Assembly: GCA_963776275.1 (NCBI GenBank)
Contig: CAVZMI010000025.1
Coordinates: 1 to 64,000, forward strand
Length of the DNA: 64,000 bases
DNA from: Ignavibacteriota bacterium
GTDB taxonomy: Bacteria > Bacteroidota > Ignavibacteria > UBA10030 > CAVZMI01
Reading direction: 5' to 3'
The notes below the pieces were generated by a model that worked only from the letters and a program-made list of their open reading frames with translations, had not been told where the DNA came from and made no database searches. Each line of letters opens with the position of its first letter. Position 1 is the first letter of the stretch. Shown here in pieces: positions 11,109 to 20,437 of the stretch. The translations under genes were made by a program, and so were the position numbers.

Positions 11109-11522
11109 ATGAAATCGTTTACGCATTATCTTATATTTTCAACAAAAAACCATCGTGAATATATCAATATTACTTCGGATGTTGAAGATGTCCTGCGAAA
11201 AAGTGGAATCAAAGAAGGGATGGCGCTTGTCTCTGCAATGCATATTACAGCAGCAGTCTATGTCAACGATGCCGAATCCGGATTAATCAATGACATCGAC
11301 GGGTGGCTCGAACACCTCGCCCCTTATAATCCGAACTATCAACATCATCATACCGGTGAGACAAACGGCGATGCACATCTCAAGAGTCTTCTCGTACATC
11401 ATGAAGTAATCGTCCCCATCACGAACGGTAAACTCGATTTCGGTCCATGGCAACAAATTTACTATGCCGAATTCGACGGCCAGAGACGAAAACGTGTCGT
11501 AATTAAAATTATTGGAGAATAA
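11109..11522 (+). CDS. yjbQ: YjbQ family (secondary thiamine-phosphate synthase)
   Basis: 'HITAAV', 'NGDAHLKS', '[13 protein letters not shown]' motifs. Confidence 0.9.
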   Translation: MKSFTHYLIFSTKNHREYINITSDVEDVLRKSGIKEGMALVSAMHITAAVYVNDAESGLINDIDGWLEHLAPYNPNYQHHHTGETNGDAHLKSLLVHHEVIVPITNGKLDFGPWQQIYYAEFDGQRRKRVVIKIIGE

Positions 11523-11525
11523 ATT

Positions 11526-12917
11526 ATGAAATCATTATATCGGGCTTTTGCTTTCCTGCTGTTTACCGGCATTCTGTGTTCGCAAACAGCTCAGCCAAAG
11601 CTTAGACTTTCCATCGATTATTCACGCTTCCGGGGAGATTCGGCAAATTCCTATCTTGAGATATATTATTCATTTTCGGATCGTGGACTTCAATTACAAA
11701 AAACCGTGGATGGATTTAAAACCGGTGTTATCATGACAGCACGGGTTTTAAATTCTAAAAAGGATTCTATCATTTTCCAGAAACGATGGCGCGTTCCACG
11801 AAGCCTTGCAGATTCTGCAAGTAATTTTTCCGGACAGGATCTAGTCGGCGTCGTTACCATGGCGGTTCCAAAAGGAGATTATTTCCTCAATGTTAATGGA
11901 CAGGATGAATATCAACCGGCGAACACAGATAGTGTGGTTTATTCATTAAATTCAAATCCTGTACTGAAAGATGCTGTGACAATGAGCGATGTCGAGCTCT
12001 GTAGTTCGATCAAGGAGAGCGCCGCGAAGGAAAATATCTTTTATAAAAACACGCTTGAAGTTGTCCCGAATCCGTCATCATTGTTTGGAATAGGGATGCC
12101 GGTGATTTTCTACTATGTAGAGGTCTATAATCTCATGAAGGACATGACAATCCCGCATTATTACACACGAACCTCTGTCTATAATAATTCAGGGAAAGAA
12201 ATCCTTCATCAGCAGCGTAAAAAGCTCAAATCGAATGAATCTAGTGTCGAACTGGGAACAATAAATATCAGCAAACTTCCCAATGGGACATATACTTTCT
12301 TCTTTTCTCTTACGGATTCTTCCGGTACTCCCAGAATTTCGGCGGGAAAAAAGTTCTATGTGTACAATCCCCATGTCGTCGATACAGCTTCAATGAAGGT
12401 GGCATCGGTCGATGTATTGACCAGCGAATACGCCGCCATGTCCGCAGAAGAACTCGATAAGGAATTCCAGCAAGCTGTCTATCTTGCGACTTCCGAGGAA
12501 AAAGATAGATATGAGGAACTCAAGGAAATCAATGCAAAGAGAAAGTTTATATTCGATTTCTGGCGTATGCGCGACAACGATCCGACCACAGCGGTAAATG
12601 AGCTTAAAGAGGTATACATGAAACGGATTGAGTATGCCAATAATTACTTTAAGGCAATGTCACGTCCGGGATATAAAACAGATCGCGGTCGTGTATATTG
12701 CATATACGGTCCCCCCGATGAAGTACAGCGGCATCCGAATGAAGGTGAGTACCGGCCTTATGAGATATGGGATTACAACAGTATCCAGGGAGGGGTAATT
12801 TTCGTGTTTGTAGATCGGTCTGGTTTCTCAGATTATCAACTGGTGCACTCGACACATAGGGACGAAATGCAGGATGATAATTGGGAAGAAAAGGCACTCA
12901 TGTTGCCAACGCAATAA
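11526..12917 (+). CDS. GWxTD domain-containing secreted protein
   Basis: 'FWRMRD.DP', 'GYKTDRGRVY..YGPPD', 'EIWDY' motifs; signal peptide. Confidence 0.9.
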   Translation: MKSLYRAFAFLLFTGILCSQTAQPKLRLSIDYSRFRGDSANSYLEIYYSFSDRGLQLQKTVDGFKTGVIMTARVLNSKKDSIIFQKRWRVPRSLADSASNFSGQDLVGVVTMAVPKGDYFLNVNGQDEYQPANTDSVVYSLNSNPVLKDAVTMSDVELCSSIKESAAKENIFYKNTLEVVPNPSSLFGIGMPVIFYYVEVYNLMKDMTIPHYYTRTSVYNNSGKEILHQQRKKLKSNESSVELGTINISKLPNGTYTFFFSLTDSSGTPRISAGKKFYVYNPHVVDTASMKVASVDVLTSEYAAMSAEELDKEFQQAVYLATSEEKDRYEELKEINAKRKFIFDFWRMRDNDPTTAVNELKEVYMKRIEYANNYFKAMSRPGYKTDRGRVYCIYGPPDEVQRHPNEGEYRPYEIWDYNSIQGGVIFVFVDRSGFSDYQLVHSTHRDEMQDDNWEEKALMLPTQ

Positions 12918-12925
12918 GTCCTGTT

Positions 12926-13960
12926 ATGAAACAGATCACGTCGATCGATCATCATAGCATCAAGACAATCCTTGTCATTCGCCAGCATAATCAACTTGGT
13001 GATATGTTATGTGCCGTACCGGCGTTGCGCGCGCTGCAGGAATCGTTTCCCTCGGCGCACATACGATTTGTGCTCAGTCCGCTTCATCATGACATTATCA
13101 ACGGATGTCCGTTCATCAATCAGATTCTGAATTACGATAAGGCTAATTTTTTCAATCATCCCCGGCGTTTTTTTTCTTTCGCACAGCTGCTGAGGACACC
13201 GCATCCCGATATAGCGATCGTAATCTCCACTGTTTCGAGTTCATTCACGAGTAACGCAATGGCGTGGATTTCCGGCGCTCCTATTCGAATCGGTCCAGTC
13301 AGCATTGCGGGCCAAACGAAGGGAAGCAGACAGTTTTTCACTCACCCGCTTGTGCTCGACTGGACCAACACACCGCGGCGACATCAAATAGAAAGAAATC
13401 TCGATACCGTCCGTTTTCTCGGAGCAGACACAAAAAATTTGTCAATCGATATTGGATTAACGGATACGGAGAAACAATTCGCCCGGGAATTTTTCATGCA
13501 GAACAAAGGTTCCGCTCAACGCGTGGTTGGGTTTCATCCCGGAGCAGGGAAGGTCCAGAATCGATGGAACGCATCATTTTTTGCCAACGTTGCGAATACC
13601 CTCGGAAAAAAGTTCAAAGCGCATATTATGATCACTGCCGGACCGATGGATGACGAGCCGGTGACGGCAATGATAAAAGAATTAATCATACCGTTTACAA
13701 TAGTAAAAGGGAGAACGATTCGCGAAGAAGCAGCCGTTATCAATCAGATGAATCTCTACATCACGAACGATACGGGTATGATGCATGTTGCAGCGGCAAC
13801 GAATACACGCATCCTGTCACTGTTCGGCCCGACAAATCCATATGAGTGGGCACCACTTGGTGAACGAAATCGCTTTTTACGGGGGAAGGATGGAGACATA
13901 GACCGTATAAAAGTAGATATAGTAATCGAGACAGCAATAGAAATGTTGAAGAAACACTGA
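12926..13960 (+). CDS. Glycosyltransferase family 9 (heptosyltransferase-like)
   Basis: 'LGDML', 'HPGAG', 'NDTG.MHVAAA', 'LFGPT' motifs. Confidence 0.9.
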   Translation: MKQITSIDHHSIKTILVIRQHNQLGDMLCAVPALRALQESFPSAHIRFVLSPLHHDIINGCPFINQILNYDKANFFNHPRRFFSFAQLLRTPHPDIAIVISTVSSSFTSNAMAWISGAPIRIGPVSIAGQTKGSRQFFTHPLVLDWTNTPRRHQIERNLDTVRFLGADTKNLSIDIGLTDTEKQFAREFFMQNKGSAQRVVGFHPGAGKVQNRWNASFFANVANTLGKKFKAHIMITAGPMDDEPVTAMIKELIIPFTIVKGRTIREEAAVINQMNLYITNDTGMMHVAAATNTRILSLFGPTNPYEWAPLGERNRFLRGKDGDIDRIKVDIVIETAIEMLKKH

Positions 13961-14067
13961 CTCACAAGCACTAAATAACGAAATTAAGAAAGTTGAAAGA
14001 CTGCCTCTTGGGGCTGTAGAAATTTTCAAATGTCCGTTTGGTATTTGAATTTTATTTTTACGTACTC

Positions 14068-14096
14068 TTGCTTTTTCAAATCGTTTGTTATATATT
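14068..14096 (+). promoter_or_regulatory. sigma70-type promoter of the pyr operon
   Basis: TTGCTT-17-TATATT. Confidence 0.7.
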
Positions 14097-14112
14097 AATG
14101 ATGCAAATGACA

Positions 14113-14189
14113 GTTCCTTTAATTCCTACCCTGTGAGGTAGGGAAGGACGTGCGACCTCCTCCAACCCACAGGAATCGGAGGTTTTTTT
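14113..14189 (+). promoter_or_regulatory. PyrR-binding attenuator (binding loop plus terminator)
   Basis: TCCTTTAA...CCTACC-CTGTGA-GGTAGGGAAGGA resembles the PyrR binding loop, followed by an ACCTCC/GGAGGT hairpin and T7, directly upstream of pyrR. Confidence 0.85.
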
Positions 14190-14221
14190 ATGCCCTCCCG
14201 GAATAAATAGGCGAGAATAAA

Positions 14222-14764
14222 ATGACAAAACCACCGAATATCATCATCGACCAGAACGGCTTTCAACGCACTATCGCCCGTCTTGCCCATGAAGTCCTCG
14301 AAAACAACAAAGGAGCCGAAACAATTGCCGTCGTAGGCATCCGGACACGGGGTGAATACCTTTCACGGCGACTTGTTGAGAAAATCTCGGAAATTGAGCG
14401 CCGGAAAGTCGAAATCGGCTTCCTCGATATTACACTCTATCGCGACGACCTGCGCGGAAAGTTGGAACAACCGGTGTTGAAAGGTACCAGAATCGATTTT
14501 AATGTCACCAATAAAAATATTATTCTCGTCGACGATGTACTCTATACCGGCCGTACAATTCGTGCAGCACTCGATGAGCTGATGGACCTTGGCCGTCCGG
14601 CTACCATCCAGCTTCTGGTCATTGTCGATCGCGGTCATCGTGAGCTTCCGATCAAGGCCGACTTTGTCGGGAAAAATGTTCCAACGTCTGAAGGACAGGA
14701 AGTCCAGGTCCATATGACGGAGGTTGACGGCGAAGACGCCGTTCTCGTTGTCGATATTTCATAA
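14222..14764 (+). CDS. pyrR: Bifunctional pyr operon regulator / uracil phosphoribosyltransferase
   Basis: 'LDITLYRDD', 'LVDDVLYTGRTIRAA', 'DRGHRELPI'. Confidence 0.97.
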   Translation: MTKPPNIIIDQNGFQRTIARLAHEVLENNKGAETIAVVGIRTRGEYLSRRLVEKISEIERRKVEIGFLDITLYRDDLRGKLEQPVLKGTRIDFNVTNKNIILVDDVLYTGRTIRAALDELMDLGRPATIQLLVIVDRGHRELPIKADFVGKNVPTSEGQEVQVHMTEVDGEDAVLVVDIS

Positions 14765-14792
14765 TTAAACACTAACCAACATAGAGCATTCT

Positions 14793-15714
14793 ATGGGACT
14801 GAAAAGCAGACACCTCCTGGGACTCGAGGGCGTACCACGCGATGAGCCTTGAACTCTTCCTGGATACAACAGCATCCTTCCGCGAGATCCTCGATCGTCC
14901 GATTAAAAAAGTACCGACGCTCCAGGGTAAAACAATCGTAAATCTTTTCTTCGAAAATTCGACACGCACACGCATCTCATTTGAAATGGCAGAACGGCGC
15001 CTCTCGGCGGACATCGTCAATTTCGCGGCAAGCGGAAGCAGTGTCTCGAAAGGCGAAACACTGAAAGACACTGCAAAAAATATCGAAGCTATGAAAATCG
15101 ACATGGTTGTGATGCGGCATTCTGCCGTGGGCGCACCCCACTTTCTTACACGATGCCTCAATGCGAATATTATCAATGCGGGAGACGGTACGCACGAGCA
15201 CCCGACACAGGCGCTTCTCGATATGTACACGATCCGGGAGAAATTCGGAAGGATTAAAGGATTGCATGTCTGCATCGTAGGCGATATCTCACACAGCCGC
15301 GTCGCACTCTCAAATATCTATGGCTTGAAAACGATGGGCGCACGGGTATCCGTATGCGGACCCGCGACGCTGATTCCTCGCGACGTTGAGAAATTGGGAG
15401 TCGAAGTATATCATCATATCGGGGACATAATTAAAGAAGTCGATATTCTTAATGTCCTCCGCATCCAGCTCGAGCGGCAGGCGGGCGCAAGTTTCCCGTC
15501 GCTCCGCGAATATCAAAAATATTTCGGCATATCAAGGGAACGACTCGAAAAGGCCGGACGACCAATCACCATTATGCACCCCGGCCCGATCAATCGCGGC
15601 GTCGAGCTCTCTGCCGACGTCGCCGACGGCGAACAATCTGTTATTTTACAGCAGGTCCTAAACGGCGTGGCGGTGCGAATGGCCGTCCTTTATTTACTCG
15701 GAACCAAAAATTAA
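14793..15714 (+). CDS. pyrB: Aspartate carbamoyltransferase catalytic subunit (apparent +1 indel near 14847)
   Basis: 'FFENSTRTR', 'HEHPTQ', 'HPGP'. The expected N-terminus MGLKSRHLLGLEG starts at ATG 14793 in another frame. Confidence 0.95.
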
Positions 15715-15730
15715 CAATGGTATCGCAGCC

Positions 15731-17011
15731 ATGAATATTATTTTACAGCAAGCACGAATGATCGATCCGGTCTCGAAACGCGATGAAGTCCTGGATATCC
15801 TCATTGAAAAAGACACCATCGTAAGAATCGGGACACATCTTGAGACAAAAGAAACAGCTCGACGAATTGACATGAAAGGAAAAATTGCCGCACCCGGATT
15901 CATCGATATGCACGTCCATCTTCGTGAGCCGGGATTCGAGTATAAGGAGACCATCGAGACCGGCTGCACTGCTGCGGCAGCCGGAGGATTTACTGCTGTT
16001 TGCTGCATGCCGAATACAAATCCGGCAATGGATAACGCCGAGGTGGTAAAATATGTCGGTGAAAAAGCTGCGGAAGCGCTCGATGGATTGGTGGACGTTT
16101 ATCCGATTCCGGCGGTTACGAAGGGACGTGAAGGGAAAGAGCTTTCGCCTATGGCGGAACTCGTGGAATGCGGTGCCGTGGGATTCAGCGACGACGGAAA
16201 TCCGGTCGAAAGCACCGCTGTCATGCGATTGGCCCTTGAATATGCCGGAATGTACGGGGCGATGATCATCCAGCATGCACAGGATGTGTCGCTCACAAAG
16301 GGCGGAGTGATGAATGAAGGAGCGGTATCCACCGCGATCGGCATGTCGGTAATGCCCCCGATTGCCGAGGATCTGATCGTCGCACGTGATTTGATACTGG
16401 TTGAATATACCAAAGGCCGCTACCATGTTGCACATGTGAGCACCAAAGGAACGGTTGAATTAATCCGTCAGGCGAAACGGAAAGGACTACCAGTGACATG
16501 CGAAGTTGCACCGCATCATTTTACGCTGACCGACGAGGCCGTGCGATCCTTTAACACCAATACCAAGATGAATCCGCCTCTTCGGACCAAAGCAGATATC
16601 GACGCAATTCTCGAGGGATTACGCGACGGAACGATCGACGCCATAGCTACGGATCATGCGCCGCATTCGTTCGATGAAAAAGAAGTTGAGTATATCAATG
16701 CGCCCTTCGGAATCGTGGGACTCGAGACCGCGGTCGGACTTGCCGTATCGCAGCTTGTTGAAAAGAAAATTCTTAATTGGATTCAGCTGATCGAGAAATT
16801 CTCAACTGCTCCGCGGCGGCTGCTCAGGCTTCCTGAAATAAAAATTGCGGAAGGGGCGCCTGCTAACCTTACACTCATCGATCCCAATATGGAATGGACT
16901 GTTGACGTCACAAAGTTTAAATCTAAATCGACGAACACTCCTTTCGCGGGATGGAAATTGAAAGGAAAGCCGATCGGAATCATCAATCATGGAATGATCA
17001 GAATGGAATAA
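15731..17011 (+). CDS. pyrC: Dihydroorotase
   Basis: 'DMHVHLREPG', 'KMNPPLR', 'ATDHAPH'. Confidence 0.95.
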   Translation: MNIILQQARMIDPVSKRDEVLDILIEKDTIVRIGTHLETKETARRIDMKGKIAAPGFIDMHVHLREPGFEYKETIETGCTAAAAGGFTAVCCMPNTNPAMDNAEVVKYVGEKAAEALDGLVDVYPIPAVTKGREGKELSPMAELVECGAVGFSDDGNPVESTAVMRLALEYAGMYGAMIIQHAQDVSLTKGGVMNEGAVSTAIGMSVMPPIAEDLIVARDLILVEYTKGRYHVAHVSTKGTVELIRQAKRKGLPVTCEVAPHHFTLTDEAVRSFNTNTKMNPPLRTKADIDAILEGLRDGTIDAIATDHAPHSFDEKEVEYINAPFGIVGLETAVGLAVSQLVEKKILNWIQLIEKFSTAPRRLLRLPEIKIAEGAPANLTLIDPNMEWTVDVTKFKSKSTNTPFAGWKLKGKPIGIINHGMIRME

Positions 17012-17041
17012 ACAGAGTTGAATGGTATTGAACTATCAAAC

Positions 17042-17085
17042 AAAAAAGCCCCACATCGATTGAGAGATGAGGGGCTTTCTCTTTA
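17042..17085. terminator. Terminator after pyrC, possibly bidirectional
   Basis: AAAAAAGCCCC...GGGGCTTTCTCTTT hairpin with A- and T-rich flanks. Confidence 0.75.
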
Positions 17086-17170
17086 TCTCGTTTCCTAAAA
17101 ATTCATTTCAAATTGTTAAGCAAATAACAAAAAACCTTGCTTCCTAGTGTCGAGTACCAAAAATAACTTG

Positions 17171-17270
17171 ACTTGTGTCGAGCATCAGTCGAGACACTTG
17201 TATCGAGCATCAGTCGAGACACTTGTATCGAGCATCAGTCGAGACACTTGTATCGAGCATCAGTCGAGAT
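17171..17270. repeat. Tandem repeat, 4 x 25 bp (ACTTGTATCGAGCATCAGTCGAGAC), REP-like
   Basis: Four contiguous near-identical units without spacers; each holds an imperfect GT.TCGA...TCGAGAC palindrome. Confidence 0.9.
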
Positions 17271-17555
17271 GCGAGTGCCCTGACAACATTTCATTCCTAT
17301 GAAAACAGGGCATCACGCTCTTCGAGCGGGATTCCAACTATTAAATTTATTTAGAATTATAATTATATGTTTGGAACGTTGAGAATTCATAGTATTAAAA
17401 CTGATGGAAATCGGATGGAATAGCATTATATGACGCTCCGACTTATTAAAATTATCTTTGAATCGAGACATTAGCAAGAATGGATTGTTTTATGTAATGA
17501 ATGACCCATCAAGGTAGACACTAAAAATCAGCAGGTTTTAATTTTGTAGACATAC

Positions 17556-17639
17556 TGTTCAGAATAATGAACAAAGGGGTTCAGGGTTTTTGCGTAAATT
17601 GTGGCAATTATGAGGGTATTGTATGGCATATGGTTTGCA
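17556..17639 (+). promoter_or_regulatory. sigma54 promoter with an upstream palindromic activator site
   Basis: TGGCAT-ATGGT-TTGCA (17624-17639) with correct GG/GC spacing; TGTTCA-N6-TGAACA palindrome at 17556-17573. Confidence 0.65.
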
Positions 17640-17689
17640 ATTATAAAGGTTGAGGTCTTGAATGAAGCTCAAGAGATTTGGAGGCAGTC

Positions 17690-18910
17690 ATGAAACATAT
17701 AATCATATTTGCCGCATTCAGCATCCTGATGGGAATGCAGTCGTATAGCTACGATGGGGGTCGAGCACGCGTCTCCTTCGGAGAGTTTTATGATGCTTTA
17801 CAGCCGTACGGGGAATGGGTTGCTATATCAGACTTCGGTTATTGCTGGCATCCTGCCGGAATCGACCGCCACTGGCGTCCGTACGCGAACGGCCGCTGGG
17901 TTTGGAGTGATTACGGATGGTACTGGGTATCGTATGACGATTGGGGATGGGCACCTTACCATTACGGCCGATGGATGTATGACGATTATTACGGATGGAT
18001 ATGGGTTCCTGACTACGAGTGGGGACCGTCGTGGGTACAGTGGCGTTATACCAATGGCTACATCGGATGGGCTCCACTGCCGCCGCGGGCTGGTTTTCAT
18101 TTCAGTGTTGGGATAGATATAGGCGACTACGGCGTTCCTTATTTCGGCTGGTGTTTTACTGCCGGATCGGGGTTCTATCACGATCATCCCAGTATCCTAG
18201 GAGTTGAACAAAATCACCACCTGATCCGTATAACACGTAATGTTACAAATATTCATACGGGCGATCGGGGTGTCATTAATCGGGGTCTTGATTACAGGGA
18301 TGTCGAACGGATGGGTCGAACCCGGATCAGTCCGGTACGAGTAGAAAATGAACGTGGTTTTTCAACCGGACGGGGTGACCGCTTTGAGGGAAACCGTCTC
18401 CGTGCTTACCGTCCTGAGATTCGTCCCGAGACACGGAATGATATAGAAACCCGGGTTCGTAGTGGAGCCGCAGCCGGCCGAGATGCGGGTACTACCGGTG
18501 GAACGGGGGGACGTTCTTCAGATATCAACCGGGGTGGACGCCGGGTTGAACAGCCCGAAAATCGTGGTGATGCCGGGAAAGATTTTCAACGGCCACCGGA
18601 CAATCAGAGTGAACGAAGAATCGATAGGGAAAATGCCAACCCCGCCGGCAGGGGTAACGATCACGAACCGATGAAGAATGAAGGAGGTCGCGGAATGCGG
18701 GATGAAATCCAGAATCGCCATCCGCAGCTCGAGAATCAACCGCGGTTTAATATTCCCGAGCGAAGAGAAGGTCGTCAGCGTGAATTTGTGCCGGAACGCC
18801 GGCAGACTCCTGCTCAAGCGCCGCAGATCGAACGACGACGTTCAGAACAGCCACCGTCCGCAGAACGCCGGAGTGAAGGAGGCGAACGGTCGGGTGATAG
18901 GCGCCGGTAA
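17690..18910 (+). CDS. DUF6600-like secreted protein with W/Y/G/P-rich repeats and an Arg/Glu-rich disordered tail
   Basis: 'FYDALQPYGEW', 'WRPY..GRW', 'WGWAPYHYGRW', 'IGWAPLPP'. Confidence 0.8.
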   Translation: MKHIIIFAAFSILMGMQSYSYDGGRARVSFGEFYDALQPYGEWVAISDFGYCWHPAGIDRHWRPYANGRWVWSDYGWYWVSYDDWGWAPYHYGRWMYDDYYGWIWVPDYEWGPSWVQWRYTNGYIGWAPLPPRAGFHFSVGIDIGDYGVPYFGWCFTAGSGFYHDHPSILGVEQNHHLIRITRNVTNIHTGDRGVINRGLDYRDVERMGRTRISPVRVENERGFSTGRGDRFEGNRLRAYRPEIRPETRNDIETRVRSGAAAGRDAGTTGGTGGRSSDINRGGRRVEQPENRGDAGKDFQRPPDNQSERRIDRENANPAGRGNDHEPMKNEGGRGMRDEIQNRHPQLENQPRFNIPERREGRQREFVPERRQTPAQAPQIERRRSEQPPSAERRSEGGERSGDRRR

Positions 18911-18943
18911 TTAATGTGGTATAATATCCAGGGAGATCAAATC

Positions 18944-19753
18944 ATGAAATACAATATATTCGGAGCGACGTTACTTACGATCCTCTTTTTTGGATGCGAT
19001 CTGCGCCATAATCCTTTCTATGATGATGAGCCGCCAACTATCCCATCAGGACTCTCGAGCCTTGCTCTCGATCGTCAGGTTGAGTTATGGTGGAATGGAA
19101 ATCCGGAAGACGATATCGCAGGATACAACATTTATTCGACGACTTCGGCAGGCGGACGGTTCCGGTTGATCGGGACTTCCAGAACTCCTCAATATTTTGA
19201 TGATCATCTGGCGAATGGAGTGACCTATTACTATGCGATATCGGCATATGATCGCGACGGAAACGAGAGCGAATTAACCCGGGCAAATGTTTATGCCATT
19301 CCTCGTCCTGAAGGTTTTAGTATAGCGCTGTTTGACTATAAACTCTACCCGAATACGTCTGGATACGACTTTTCATCGAATACATTCGGAAAATATGACG
19401 ATAAGTACACCGACATATTTTTCGATAATGATAACGGAACGTACTACATGGATGTCTGGAAGGATACCGACATTCAAGATATGGGATATACAAATAATTT
19501 CGACGAAATCACTTATGCGCCGGATCAGGGCTGGTCTCCTACGAAAGATGCGATGCTGATCAAAGGACATACCTATGTCGTGTGGACATGGGATGATCAT
19601 TATGCAAAATTCCGCGTGACCGATATTGCGTCGGATCACGTCACGATCGACTGGGCTTATCAAATTGTCGTGGGAAATCCGAACCTGAAGCATCAGAAGA
19701 CACCAACGGGGGACCGGCTCCCACTCAGCGCCGGCAAGCTTCTGCAACATTGA
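18944..19753 (+). CDS. Lipoprotein with FnIII domain
   Basis: Lipobox LFFG-C; 'VELWW..NPEDDIAGYNIY...NGVTYYYAISAYD'. Confidence 0.8.
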   Translation: MKYNIFGATLLTILFFGCDLRHNPFYDDEPPTIPSGLSSLALDRQVELWWNGNPEDDIAGYNIYSTTSAGGRFRLIGTSRTPQYFDDHLANGVTYYYAISAYDRDGNESELTRANVYAIPRPEGFSIALFDYKLYPNTSGYDFSSNTFGKYDDKYTDIFFDNDNGTYYMDVWKDTDIQDMGYTNNFDEITYAPDQGWSPTKDAMLIKGHTYVVWTWDDHYAKFRVTDIASDHVTIDWAYQIVVGNPNLKHQKTPTGDRLPLSAGKLLQH

Positions 19754-19969
19754 GAAGTATAGACTCAGTATCTTTACTTCAAGTTATTTTTGAATCGAGA
19801 CAGTCGTTAAAAGTCAGAAAAAAGCATTTTACGGGGACATACCGGAATGATGATCGGGGGAGACATCATGAAGGCGATGTCCCCGTGGTGTTTTTTATTA
19901 GCTCCCCGGTCCGGGAGAAAAGGCGGTTGCGTTTTGATGCGAGAAATGGTATTTTTGACAAAGCCGATC

Positions 19970-20407
19970 ATGAATAAAACATGTCGATATAGAAATCCCG
20001 CACCCCTTTTTCTCATTATTTTTTTTATTGTTTTTTATTCTCTTGACGCATTTCAGAATCGACCGAACGATCCACGGGAAATCATTGATCTTGTCGAGAA
20101 GGGGATTGTTGCCGGTGACGTTGACATCTTTTCCCGGGACCTTGGACCTCAAATTGCCATTTCAATGAGTGGAGATCGATCCGGTTGCTACAGTAAAAAC
20201 CAGGCTTTTTCGATCCTGAAGAATTTCTTCGGTGTGCGAAAGACGCTGAGTTTTACTTTTACGACACGGCAAGAATCGATAAAAAATGCGTCTGCCACAG
20301 GTGGAGGAAGATTCATACGCCGGGGGATAAAGGAAAATCTTCAAATCTATGTCATGCTCAATCTTGTCGAACGACGATGGGTCATCACGCAGATTCATCT
20401 GTATTAG
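19970..20407 (+). CDS. DUF4783-like secreted protein
   Basis: 'YSKNQAFSILKNFF' motif; start codon uncertain. Confidence 0.6.
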   Translation: MNKTCRYRNPAPLFLIIFFIVFYSLDAFQNRPNDPREIIDLVEKGIVAGDVDIFSRDLGPQIAISMSGDRSGCYSKNQAFSILKNFFGVRKTLSFTFTTRQESIKNASATGGGRFIRRGIKENLQIYVMLNLVERRWVITQIHLY

Positions 20408-20437
20408 TTCAATATTTATTGTGACTTAAAAACGCCG

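Noticed and set aside
15743-16435. Long antisense and alternate-frame ORFs (also 27670-28215, 51750-52475, 59989-60696)
   Set aside because: They overlap well-supported genes and show no recognisable motifs; treated as shadow ORFs.
17171-17270. CRISPR array
   Set aside because: Units are contiguous with no unique spacers, and there are no cas genes in the window.
17470-17530. Tyrosine recombinase remnant (minus-strand VSTLMGHS)
   Set aside because: Only ~18 codons between stops, no catalytic Tyr or other boxes; could be chance.
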